Source: Patescibacteria group bacterium (lineage in GTDB: Bacteria; Patescibacteriota; Minisyncoccia; Minisyncoccales; Staskawiczbacteraceae). Taken from it: 57,920 bases of DNA. Made by a program: the position numbers and the translations under genes. The DNA lies in the NCBI GenBank assembly GCA_018829965.1, contig JAHJTG010000013.1, forward strand, positions 1-57,920, in the 5' to 3' direction. The notes beneath the pieces are model-generated. The model saw only the letters and a program-made list of their open reading frames with translations, searched no databases and was not told the DNA's origin. Below are positions 50,409 to 57,920 of this stretch, one piece after another. Position 1 is the first letter of the stretch; every line of letters begins with the position of its first letter.

Positions 50409-50516
50409 ATCAGCGTAAATCCGCTATCATCAGCGTAATCAGAAAAGATATTTCACGACCCGCAAGCGGGTACCCCGAAAAAGATTACCGCTGATTAATA
50501 GCTGATTGCCACAGAT
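50409..50516 (+). repeat. Intergenic palindromic element family A, copy 4 (with nested GC hairpin)
   Basis: Near-identical to copy 2, including CACGACCCGCAAGCGGGTACCCCG. Confidence 0.85.
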
Positions 50517-50522
50517 AAAAAT

Positions 50523-50828
50523 ATGAAAATACATAAAAATGACCATGTCCTTATAATTTCAGGAAAAGACCGTGGAAAGACGGGCAAGGTTTTGAGCGTT
50601 CTTTCAGAGAAAAGCAAGATTGTTGTTGAAGGAGTTAATTTAAGAAAGAAATGCGTAAGGCCGAAGAAATCTGGAGAAAAAGGTCAGATTATTCAGATTA
50701 CAGCTCCGTTGAGTTCTTCAAATGTCAAGGTAATTTGCGGAAAGTGTGGAAAGGCTTCAAGAATGGGGTATAAAATTAATGGAGATAAAAAATATAGAAT
50801 TTGTAAGAAGTGTAAGCAAAAAATTTAA
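50523..50828 (+). CDS. rplX: 50S ribosomal protein L24 (with a zinc-ribbon-like C-terminus)
   Basis: KNDHVLIISGKDRGKTGKV KOW motif. The C-terminus reads CGKCGK...CKKCK. Confidence 0.9.
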   Translation: MKIHKNDHVLIISGKDRGKTGKVLSVLSEKSKIVVEGVNLRKKCVRPKKSGEKGQIIQITAPLSSSNVKVICGKCGKASRMGYKINGDKKYRICKKCKQKI

Positions 50829-50908
50829 GACACAGATTTATACAGATACTGCGGATTTATGCGGATACGTATCAGTATAAATCAGTTAAAATCAGTATTA
50901 ATCAGCGT
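50829..50908. repeat. Degenerate family-A-related element
   Basis: CACAGATTTATACAGATACTGCGGATTTATGCGGATACGTATCAGTATAAATCAGTTAAAATCAGTATTAATCAGCG fills the rplX-rplE spacer. Confidence 0.55.
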
Positions 50909-50910
50909 TT

Positions 50911-51465
50911 ATGCTAAGATTAAAAGACAAATACAAAAAAGAGGTAATACCGGTAATGATGGAAAAATTCGGGTATAAAAATGTTATGGCAATCCCAAAG
51001 ATTGTAAAAGTTGTAATAAACTCTTGCTTTGGAAAAGAAGTCGCCACTAAAACCTCGCAAGAAAGAGAAAAAGTTGTCCAGAATGTTACAAATGATTTGA
51101 CCCTAATTTCAGGGCAAAAACCAAGGATTGTGAAGTCAAAAAAATCAATTGCTGGTTTTAAATTAAGAGAAGGTCTTGATATTGCCGTAGCAGTTACCTT
51201 AAGGAAAGATAGAATGTATGATTTTTTGGAAAGATTAATTTACTTGACTCTTCCTCGTTCTAGAGATTTTCAAGGTATTAATCCAAAATCAATCGACCAA
51301 AAGGGAAATTTAAATATTGGATTTAAAGAGCACATCTCTTTCCCAGAAGTTATTACTGAAAAAGAGAAAACCATTTTTGGTTTGGAGATATCAGTTGTAA
51401 CAAATGCTAAAAATAAAGAAGAAGGCTTAAGGTTGTTTAAATTATTAGGATTTCCAATAAAATAA
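50911..51465 (+). CDS. rplE: 50S ribosomal protein L5
   Basis: [21 protein letters not shown]... L5 pattern. Confidence 0.94.
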   Translation: MLRLKDKYKKEVIPVMMEKFGYKNVMAIPKIVKVVINSCFGKEVATKTSQEREKVVQNVTNDLTLISGQKPRIVKSKKSIAGFKLREGLDIAVAVTLRKDRMYDFLERLIYLTLPRSRDFQGINPKSIDQKGNLNIGFKEHISFPEVITEKEKTIFGLEISVVTNAKNKEEGLRLFKLLGFPIK

Positions 51466-51466
51466 T

Positions 51467-51652
51467 ATGGCTACAACCGCACAAATAGCAAAAGCAAAAA
51501 AGAAACCAAAATTCAGCTCAAGAACTATTAGGCGCTGTTTTAGATGTGGAAGAAGAAGGGGCTTTATACGGAAGTTCGGTCTTTGCAGAATATGTTTCAG
51601 AGAATTAGCCAATAAAGGAGATATACCAGGTATTAAAAAATCTTCGTGGTAG
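51467..51652 (+). CDS. rpsN: 30S ribosomal protein S14 type Z (zinc-binding)
   Basis: 61 aa, [20 protein letters not shown]. Confidence 0.92.
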   Translation: MATTAQIAKAKKKPKFSSRTIRRCFRCGRRRGFIRKFGLCRICFRELANKGDIPGIKKSSW

Positions 51653-51659
51653 TAGTTAT

Positions 51660-51756
51660 CCCTACGAATTACGAATTTAACCGAATTACGAATTATTCGC
51701 AGAGGAAATAAAAATTGATTCGTATTCGTAATTCGAAAATATTCGTAATTCGTAAG
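51660..51756. repeat. Intergenic palindromic element family D, copy 3
   Basis: CCCTACGAATTACGAATTTAACCGAATTACGAATTATTCG...ATTCGTATTCGTAATTCGAAAATATTCGTAATTCGTAAG. Confidence 0.85.
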
Positions 51757-51778
51757 AAAATAATTAAAATAATTATTT

Positions 51779-52168
51779 ATGGTAGATCCAATAACAGACA
51801 TGTTAAATCAAATAAGGAACGCTCAAGCCGTGGAAAAAGCAGAAGTATCTGTGCCGTTTTCGCAATTAAAGCAATCAATTGCTGAAATATTGGCGGAGGA
51901 AGGTTTCATAGGCGCTATTAAAAAGAGTTTAAAAAAAGAAAGCAGGACATTAAAGATTAATTTAAAATACAAAGAAGGCGCGCCAGTTATTGTAGGGTTA
52001 AAAAGGATTTCAAAGTCGGGACAGAGAATTTATGTAAAATCGTCTGAAATAAAAGCTGTGCGTGGCGGAAGAGGTTTCAGTATAATCTCAACGCCTAAGG
52101 GATTAATGACAAATAGGAAAGCAAGGCAGGAGAAATTAGGAGGGGAAGTTATTTGCGAAATTTGGTAA
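51779..52168 (+). CDS. rpsH: 30S ribosomal protein S8
   Basis: DPITDMLNQIRNA. Confidence 0.94.
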   Translation: MVDPITDMLNQIRNAQAVEKAEVSVPFSQLKQSIAEILAEEGFIGAIKKSLKKESRTLKINLKYKEGAPVIVGLKRISKSGQRIYVKSSEIKAVRGGRGFSIISTPKGLMTNRKARQEKLGGEVICEIW

Positions 52169-52186
52169 ATTAAAATATCAGCGTAA

Positions 52187-52270
52187 ATCCGCTATCATCA
52201 GCGTAATTAAAGAAGTCGCTTCAATAAAGAAAAAAGATTACCGCTGATTAATAGCTGATTGCCACAGATA
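52187..52270 (+). repeat. Intergenic palindromic element family A, copy 5
   Basis: ATCAGCGTAAATCCGCTATCATCAGCGTAATT...GATTACCGCTGATTAATAGCTGATTGCCACAGATA. Confidence 0.85.
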
Positions 52271-52275
52271 AAATT

Positions 52276-52872
52276 ATGTCAAGAATAGGTAAACAACCAA
52301 TTCAAATACCGGCAGACGTGAAAGTAGAAATAATAGAGGGTCCCGTCCCAGCAGGGCGAGGCTCGCCCAATTCTATTGGGCGGCAAGAAATAAAAGTTTC
52401 GGGACCACTGGGGAATTTAGCTCAAACAATTAACCCAGAGATAAAGATAGAAGTTAAGGACGGGCAGATTTTGCTTTCTCCTAAAAAAGAAGATTACTTG
52501 AAGAAAACAGGAGCTCTTTGGGGCTTATTCAGAGCTATTGTTGCTAATATGATTACTGGTGTTACAAAAGGTTTTGAAAAGAAGTTGGATATAGAAGGGA
52601 TTGGGTACAAGGCGTCTGTTGAAGGAAACGATTTATCTTTAAGCGTTGGATTTACTTTGCCAGTAAAGGTAAAATGTCCAGAAGGCGTAAAGTTTGCTGT
52701 TGAGAAAAACCTAATCTTCGTCACCGGTTCTGACAGGGCAAAAGTAGGGCAAATTGCAGCAATCATTAGAAAGGTTAAGAAAGCAGAGCCATATAAAGGA
52801 AAAGGTTTGAGATATTTTGACGAAGTAATTAGGAGAAAAGAGGGCAAAAAAGTAGTTGCAACAAAAAAATAA
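52276..52872 (+). CDS. rplF: 50S ribosomal protein L6 (with a ~15-aa insert)
   Basis: MSRIGKQPIQIP and an L6 two-domain pattern. Confidence 0.93.
   Translation: MSRIGKQPIQIPADVKVEIIEGPVPAGRGSPNSIGRQEIKVSGPLGNLAQTINPEIKIEVKDGQILLSPKKEDYLKKTGALWGLFRAIVANMITGVTKGFEKKLDIEGIGYKASVEGNDLSLSVGFTLPVKVKCPEGVKFAVEKNLIFVTGSDRAKVGQIAAIIRKVKKAEPYKGKGLRYFDEVIRRKEGKKVVATKK
52339..52383 (+). repeat. GC-rich intragenic element (GCI-4-like) in rplF
   Basis: GGTCCCGTCCCAGCAGGGCGAGGCTCGCCCAATTCTATTGGGCGG (45 nt), with palindrome GGGCGAG-G-CTCGCCC and hairpin CGCCCAAT-TC-TATTGGGCG. Confidence 0.7.
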
Positions 52873-52897
52873 ATAATCACAGATATTTGCAAAGCAA

Positions 52898-53335
52898 ATG
52901 AGTATAAAAAGTCAAAAAAGGCAAAGACGCCATAAAAAGATAAGAGCAAGAATAAAAGGCACGGCTAAAAGGCCGAGACTTTGTGTTTTTAAGTCCTCAC
53001 AACATATTTATGCTCAATTGATAGATGATGATAAAAATAATGTTATAGTCTTAGTTAGCGATTTTGATGTCAAGAAATCTTCAAAACAGAGTCCTGCCCG
53101 CATTGCTACGCCAGCCCGCATTGCTACGCAAAGCGTTGCAGGCGGGCAAAGCGTTGCTGGCGTGGTAAAGCGAGGGAATAAAGAAAATAATTCCTTTGAA
53201 GTAGGTAAGTTAATAGCAGAAAAAGCTAAAGAATTAAAAATTACAGAAGTAGTTTTTGACCGCGGAGGTTTTGTATTCCACGGGAGGATAAAAGCAGTTG
53301 CTGATGGAGCTAGAGAAGGCGGACTTAAGTTTTAA
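52898..53335 (+). CDS. rplR: 50S ribosomal protein L18 (with a ~25-aa insert)
   Basis: RRHKKIRARIKGT and FDRGGFVFHGRIKAVADGAREGGLKF. Confidence 0.92.
   Translation: MSIKSQKRQRRHKKIRARIKGTAKRPRLCVFKSSQHIYAQLIDDDKNNVIVLVSDFDVKKSSKQSPARIATPARIATQSVAGGQSVAGVVKRGNKENNSFEVGKLIAEKAKELKITEVVFDRGGFVFHGRIKAVADGAREGGLKF
53093..53166 (+). repeat. GC-rich intragenic hairpin element, family GCI-1 (in rplR)
   Basis: CCTGCCCGCATTGCTACGCCAGCCCGCATTGCTACGCAAAGCGTTGCAGGCGGGCAAAGCGTTGCTGGCGTGG, translated PARIATPARIATQSVAGGQSVAGV. Confidence 0.8.
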
Positions 53336-53351
53336 AATATTTAAAAATATG

Positions 53352-53482
53352 TCCCGTTAGAAGTCCGACAATTATAATAAAGACTTTTTATGAGGCAGAG
53401 AAAAAATATTAATTAATAATTTGTCCTTGCAATTAAGAAAAAATTTATTCAAAATTTTTTTCATCAAGGACTTCTAACGCGG
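53352..53482. repeat. Family H element, copy 2 (TIR CCCGTTAGAAGTCC / GGACTTCTAACGCGG)
   Basis: Terminal inverted repeats ~100 nt apart fill the rplR-rpsE spacer and end 1 nt before ATG 53484. Confidence 0.7.
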
Positions 53483-53483
53483 T

Positions 53484-53960
53484 ATGTTTGATTCTAATAG
53501 AAAAAGAGGTCCAAGAGAGTTTAAACCAAAAGATGAATTTGATTCAAAGCTTTTGGATTTAACTAGAGTTACTAGAGTTACTGGCGGTGGTAAGCGTATG
53601 ACGTTTCGTGCAGTTGTCGTTGTTGGCGACAGAAAGGGAAAAATTGGTTTTGGAGTTGATAAAGGTAGAGATGTTTCTCAATCAATAGAAAAAGCAACCA
53701 GACGCGCAAAAAAGAATTTAATTACAATAGCTATTAAAGAAAATACAATTCCTCATGAGGTTCAAGTTAAAGTGGGTTCGTCAGAAATTTTATTAAAACC
53801 TCAAACAAAAGGCCGTGGTTTGGTCGCAGGTGGCGTAGTTAGAGTAATTTGCGAATTAGCAGGAATTAAGGATGTATCCTCAAAAATTCTTTCAAGGTCA
53901 AAAAATAAACTTAACAATGCAAGAGCGACAATAGAAGCGTTAAAAAAACTTAATAAATAG
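53484..53960 (+). CDS. rpsE: 30S ribosomal protein S5
   Basis: RVTRVTGGGKRMTFRAVVVVGD. Confidence 0.94.
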   Translation: MFDSNRKRGPREFKPKDEFDSKLLDLTRVTRVTGGGKRMTFRAVVVVGDRKGKIGFGVDKGRDVSQSIEKATRRAKKNLITIAIKENTIPHEVQVKVGSSEILLKPQTKGRGLVAGGVVRVICELAGIKDVSSKILSRSKNKLNNARATIEALKKLNK

Positions 53961-54040
53961 ATTACTGCTGGTTAACCGCTGATAATTTCCGCGTAAATCC
54001 GCGTAGATATCCGCGTAAATCAGCGGTGAGCGAAGCGAAA
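53961..54040. repeat. Degenerate family-A-related element
   Basis: ATTACTGCTGGTTAACCGCTGATAATTTCCGCGTAAATCCGCGTAGATATCCGCGTAAATCAGCGGTGAGCG lies where rpmD would normally sit. Confidence 0.55.
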
Positions 54041-54490
54041 ATGCAATTACAAGAATTAAAACCAACACATAAAGGGAAAAGATCACAAAGAGTAGGTCGT
54101 GGCGGAAAGCGCGGGACCTATTGCGGTCGTGGAGTGAAAGGTCAAAACTCAAGAGCAGGAGCAAAAATGATGCCTATGATTAGAGAAATGATTAAAAGAT
54201 ATCCGAAACTTAGAGGTTATAGACATTCAGGGGTGCCAAAAAATATTGTTGTGGTAAACCTTGATATTTTAGAGAAAAAATTTAAAATCGGAGAAACAGT
54301 TTCTCCTGAAACTTTGCTAAAATTAAGAATTATTCGTAATATAAATGGAAAGGCTCCTAAAGTTAAAATTTTAGGCAGGGGAGAGCTAAAAAAATCTTTA
54401 ATTTTTGAAAATTGTTTAGTGTCTGGCAAGGCAAAAGAAATTATTGAAAAAGCAGGCGGCACAGTTAAAATCCTAAATCCTAAATCCTAA
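54041..54490 (+). CDS. rplO: 50S ribosomal protein L15
   Basis: RVGRGGKRGTYCGRG. Start taken at ATG 54041 (MQLQELKP), since the GTG at 54026 lies in the repeat. The tail KILNPKS* is encoded by repeat B5. Confidence 0.88.
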   Translation: MQLQELKPTHKGKRSQRVGRGGKRGTYCGRGVKGQNSRAGAKMMPMIREMIKRYPKLRGYRHSGVPKNIVVVNLDILEKKFKIGETVSPETLLKLRIIRNINGKAPKVKILGRGELKKSLIFENCLVSGKAKEIIEKAGGTVKILNPKS

Positions 54491-54575
54491 ATAAATTCCA
54501 AATTCCAAATTCCAAATTCTAAACGTGTTTAGGATTTAGATATTAGAGTTTAGAATTTCTTTTGCGAAGCAAAAG
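54467..54575. repeat. Intergenic palindromic element family B, copy 5
   Basis: AAAATCCTAAATCCTAAATCCTAAAT...AAACGTGTTTAGGATTTAGATATTAGAGTTTAGAATTTC plus terminal hairpin CTTTTGC-GAA-GCAAAAG. Confidence 0.8.
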
Positions 54576-54577
54576 CT

Positions 54578-55855
54578 ATGTGGTTAGAAAAAGTCATTTT
54601 TCTTTTTAAAAATAAAGAACTGCGCAACAAAGTGCTCTTTATCTTAGGGCTTTTTGTTGTTTTTAGAATAGCATCTAATATTCCTATTCCAGGTGTAGGC
54701 GTTGAGAACCTACGCCAATTTTTTGATAATAATCAGGTTTTTGGATTATTAAACCTTTTCACTGGCGGAGCTTTAAGTAATTTTTCAATTGTTATGTTGG
54801 GATTAGGCCCTTATATTACTGCTACGATTATTTTACAGTTATTGACAATGATATTTCCTGCTTTAGAAAAATTATACAAAGAAGAGGGTGAAGCTGGACG
54901 TCAGAAATTTAACCAATACGGACGTTTATTAGGAATTCCTTTAGCTGCTTTTGAAGGTTATGGAATGATAACTATATTCCAAAGGCAGCATTTAATAGGC
55001 GCCCTTTCTCCGTTTGTTTTATTAAGTGCGATTATAACAATCGTAGCGGGCGCAATGTTTTTAATGTGGTTGGGTGAATTAATTTCGGAAAAGGGCTTAG
55101 GCAACGGTATTTCTCTGTTAATCTTCGCTGGTATTGTGGCTCGTTTGCCAATGTCTATTTTTGAAACATTTGTTACTTGGGACCCCTCCAAAATTCCGTC
55201 TTATATTTTATTCTTTGTCTTTGCCGTAGTAATTATTGCCGGAGTAATTTTAATAACAGAAGCAAGAAGAAATATCCCTGTTTCTTATGCGAAAAGAGTA
55301 AGGGGTAATAAAATTTATGGCGGTTCTTCAACCTATTTGCCGTTAAATGTTAATCCAGCTGGCGTTATTCCTATTATCTTTGCTCTTTCCGTTTTATTAT
55401 TCCCAGGCATGATAGCAAACTTTTTAGGAGGATCAGGGGGATTTATAGGCACTGCCGCTCAAGCTGTGGGCGCATTTTTTCAGAATGTTTGGATTCACGG
55501 AGTATTTTATTTCTCGTTAGTCATCGTCTTTACTTATTTTTACACGATGGTTACATTTGACCCTAAAAATATCGCTTCTAACTTGCAAAAAATGGGCGGT
55601 TTCGTGTCGGGAGTAAGACCCGGTGAATCAACAGCCGCATTTATAAAAGTTATCTTAAACAGAGTTTTATTCACCGGCGCTATTTTCTTAGGATTAATTG
55701 CTGTTTTGCCTTCAATTGTTGCTGGGCTTACCGGCGTTCAGGGTTTTGGTTTCTTAATTGGCGGTACAAGTTTATTAATTGTGGTTAGCGTAGTTTTAGA
55801 CACTATGCGTCAAGTTGATTCTCAATTAGAAATGAGAGAATATGACACATTCTAA
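54578..55855 (+). CDS. secY: Preprotein translocase subunit SecY
   Basis: 10-TM pattern, GLGPYITATIILQLL, GNGISLLIFAGI. Confidence 0.96.
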   Translation: MWLEKVIFLFKNKELRNKVLFILGLFVVFRIASNIPIPGVGVENLRQFFDNNQVFGLLNLFTGGALSNFSIVMLGLGPYITATIILQLLTMIFPALEKLYKEEGEAGRQKFNQYGRLLGIPLAAFEGYGMITIFQRQHLIGALSPFVLLSAIITIVAGAMFLMWLGELISEKGLGNGISLLIFAGIVARLPMSIFETFVTWDPSKIPSYILFFVFAVVIIAGVILITEARRNIPVSYAKRVRGNKIYGGSSTYLPLNVNPAGVIPIIFALSVLLFPGMIANFLGGSGGFIGTAAQAVGAFFQNVWIHGVFYFSLVIVFTYFYTMVTFDPKNIASNLQKMGGFVSGVRPGESTAAFIKVILNRVLFTGAIFLGLIAVLPSIVAGLTGVQGFGFLIGGTSLLIVVSVVLDTMRQVDSQLEMREYDTF

Positions 55856-55877
55856 GTTTAATTTATAATTATTTATT

Positions 55878-56594
55878 ATGGTAGATAAGCAAAGACAAAT
55901 CGTTATTCTTTTTGGTCCGCCAGGAGCCGGCAAGGGCACTCAAGCAGAGTTATTATCAGACAAGCTAAGTTTATATGCTTTTGATACCAGCAAAATTTTA
56001 GAAGAAGGATTCAAACAGGCTAAGAATCTTACGGAAGATTCTCCAGAAAGGTTTATTGAAGTTGATAAAGAGAAATTCGATATTTTAAAAGAAAAAGAGC
56101 TTTGGACAAAAGGGGTTCTTTGCAGCCCTCCTTTCGTCACTTATTTAATAAAAGAAAAAGTCAAAAAGCTTTTTGAAGATGGTGAAAATATAATCTTTTC
56201 CGGCTCTCCGAGAACTGTCTATGAGGCAGAAGAAGAAATCCCGTATTTCATAGATCTTTACGGAAAAGGAAATATCAAAGCTTTTTTTATAAACATCAGC
56301 GCCGAACAGACAATTTTTAGAAATTCAAACAGAAAGATATGCGAATTAATGCGACATTCCATATTATTTAATAAAGAAACCGAGAATCTCAGTATTTGTC
56401 CTCTAGACGGATCAAAATTATTAAAGAGGGAATTAGATACTCTGGAAACAATTAAGGTTAGAATAAAAGAATTTCAAGAAAGAACGTTTCCCATAATCAA
56501 TGTTTTTGAAAAACAGGGTATTGAAGTTTGTGAAATCAACGGCGAACAGCCGATAGCGGATGTGTTTAAAGACATTTTATTAAAACTAACTTAA
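55878..56594 (+). CDS. adk: Adenylate kinase
   Basis: GPPGAGKGTQ P-loop, at the canonical position after secY. Confidence 0.85.
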   Translation: MVDKQRQIVILFGPPGAGKGTQAELLSDKLSLYAFDTSKILEEGFKQAKNLTEDSPERFIEVDKEKFDILKEKELWTKGVLCSPPFVTYLIKEKVKKLFEDGENIIFSGSPRTVYEAEEEIPYFIDLYGKGNIKAFFINISAEQTIFRNSNRKICELMRHSILFNKETENLSICPLDGSKLLKRELDTLETIKVRIKEFQERTFPIINVFEKQGIEVCEINGEQPIADVFKDILLKLT

Positions 56595-56631
56595 TGGAAC
56601 ACCCGGTGTTCCACGTTAACACCCGGTGTTG
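56595..56631 (+). repeat. REP-like pair
   Basis: TGGAACACCCGGTGTTCCA and TAACACCCGGTGTTGG immediately after the adk stop. Confidence 0.85.
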
Positions 56632-56668
56632 GAGAGCGTATTTGACTTACTATTAATTAAAAATTTTA

Positions 56669-57415
56669 ATGATAACTATTAAAACCACTGAAGAAATTAA
56701 AATAATGAAAGAAGGCGGAAAGATTTTGGCTAAGATTATGAAAGAATTGGAGAAGCAAATTAAACCGGGAATTACCACTAAAGAATTAGATAGGGCTGCT
56801 GAGGCCCTTATTTTAAAACACGGGGGAAAGCCTTCGTTCAAGGGCTATCTGGACTTCCCAGCCTCTCTATGTACGTCTATAAACGAGGAAATAGTCCATT
56901 GTTTTCCTTCAGAGAGACGATTACAGGAAGGGGATATAATTTCTCTGGATTTAGGCGTCTTATACAAAGATTTCCATACTGATATGGCTATAACGGTTCC
57001 GGTTGGAAAAGTGTCTCCGGAAGCTCATAGATTGATTTGGGTTACGAAAAAAGCCCTGAAAAGAGGGCTTAAAAAAGTAAAGATTGGGAATACAGTTAGC
57101 GATATTGGGAATACAATACAGAGATATGTAGAAAGCCAAGGATTAGGCGTTGTCAGAGAGCTTTGCGGACATGGGATTGGCAGAAAAGTTCACGAAGATC
57201 CTCAGATTCCTAATTTTGGGAAAAGGGGAGAAGGTTCGGTTTTAAGAGAAGGGATGATAATATGTTTAGAGCCGATGGTAACAATAGGTGATTGGCAGAT
57301 AAAAAAAGCTAGGGATAATTACGGATTTAAAACAAAAGACAATTCTTTATCTGCTCATTTTGAGCATACTATATTAGTGACTAAAGCCGGGTTTCAGGTA
57401 TTGACGGAGTTATAA
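56669..57415 (+). CDS. map: Type I methionine aminopeptidase
   Basis: Metal ligands in DIISLDLG, HTDMA, CGHGIG, LEPM, HFEHT. Confidence 0.94.
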   Translation: MITIKTTEEIKIMKEGGKILAKIMKELEKQIKPGITTKELDRAAEALILKHGGKPSFKGYLDFPASLCTSINEEIVHCFPSERRLQEGDIISLDLGVLYKDFHTDMAITVPVGKVSPEAHRLIWVTKKALKRGLKKVKIGNTVSDIGNTIQRYVESQGLGVVRELCGHGIGRKVHEDPQIPNFGKRGEGSVLREGMIICLEPMVTIGDWQIKKARDNYGFKTKDNSLSAHFEHTILVTKAGFQVLTEL

Positions 57416-57635
57416 AGTGAGCAAAAAATATTTATAATTATTAACTTAGTCTTGACTTCTTCGTAAGAAAGAATAAATTGAAGAAATAGGCAATCTTATT
57501 TGATAACTCGAAAATGGGCTTGACAAGTAATTGTTATTATTATAACGTCTAAATTAGATATAAATTACATAAAAATCAAGGCAACTCGTTGGTTGCCAAA
57601 TTAGTTATATAAAAATTAAAATTAAAAAAATAAAT

Positions 57636-57920
57636 ATGCAAAAAATATTAAATAGCTCTACTCTCTCTCTCTCTCTCTCTCTCAATAAAGCCTTAAGGGG
57701 GAAAGTTTTTTTAGTTAGTTTAACCGCAATTTTAATTATGAGCGGTTTTTTTGTTGTTGCAGGAGCTGCACTCGCAGATTCCAATGACGCCACTTTAAAA
57801 ATATTCACCATTGGAGATCAAGATGTGCGTGATCTTACAGGAATAAACGATTTAGCTGGCGCAACATTATTAATATCTGCCGATAAAATTTTAACTGGTA
57901 TCGTGGCAACCGCTAATGAC
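57636..57920 (+). CDS. 5' part of a secreted/surface protein gene containing a (CT)11 tract (partial at window end)
   Basis: ATG 57636 is in frame through the CT tract (TLSLSLSL) into a signal peptide KALRGKVFLVSLTAILIMSGFFVVAGAALA|DS, and the frame stays open to 57920. Absent from the ORF track because it has no stop in the window. Confidence 0.5.
   Translation, partial: MQKILNSSTLSLSLSLNKALRGKVFLVSLTAILIMSGFFVVAGAALADSNDATLKIFTIGDQDVRDLTGINDLAGATLLISADKILTGIVATAND
57661..57683 (+). repeat. Dinucleotide microsatellite (CT)11C
   Basis: CTCTCTCTCTCTCTCTCTCTCTC read directly from the sequence. Confidence 0.95.

Noticed and set aside
43033-54577. The regularly recurring intergenic repeats as a CRISPR array.
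   Set aside because: The repeats are separated by whole genes rather than 25-45-nt spacers. They belong to several different families, are internally palindromic over ~70-130 nt, and no cas genes are present.
57605-57811. 68-aa minus-strand ORF containing (RE)n across the CT microsatellite.
   Set aside because: The plus strand gives a start codon, a classical signal peptide and an ORF open to the window end. The minus ORF has no start context and is a repeat translation.

Overview
AT-rich bacterial chromosome segment read with the standard code (TGA is a stop, e.g. 9834-9836). The gene content points to a Candidate Phyla Radiation / Patescibacteria (Parcubacteria-like) genome: many small CPR-type DUF-like proteins, a giant surface protein, a dockerin/cohesin-like cluster, and no rpmD (L30) between rpsE and rplO. 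The first ~22 kb carries housekeeping genes: GH3 hydrolase, thioredoxin plus an FTR-like protein, rlmN, tgt, Nudix, nitroreductase, a RelE/HTH toxin-antitoxin pair, an Rrf2-iscS-iscU-mnmA cluster, and an SDR. 22.6-36 kb is an accessory block: an IS200/RAYT-like HUH transposase flanked by REP clusters, a 1448-aa surface protein, an AbiEii-like pair, an O-antigen-ligase/TPR protein, and a dockerin gene with two cohesin-like genes. 36.4-57.4 kb is rpmB, an M50 protease, and the str-S10-spc ribosomal supercluster (rpsL to map). The striking feature is not a gene but pervasive colonisation by short hairpin-forming repeats. (1) At least four AT-rich palindromic families fill 18 of 22 gene junctions in the S10-spc cluster and end at or within ~30 nt of the next start codon (often within a few nt). 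(2) A two-hairpin leader cassette occurs in 7 copies with compensatory stem changes. (3) A 148-nt element occurs in 2 copies with covarying helices that pair the start codon. (4) Fifteen exact copies of AACACCCGGTGTT are densest around the RAYT-like gene. (5) Most unusual, several GC-rich hairpin families sit in-frame inside essential genes (rlmN, Nudix, iscS, mnmA, SDR, S10, L4, L6, L18, L22, L23), one of them in both orientations, reminiscent of Rickettsia palindromic elements. A (CT)11 tract in the 5' end of a secreted-protein gene at the window end looks like a phase-variation switch. No rRNA, tRNA or CRISPR array was found.
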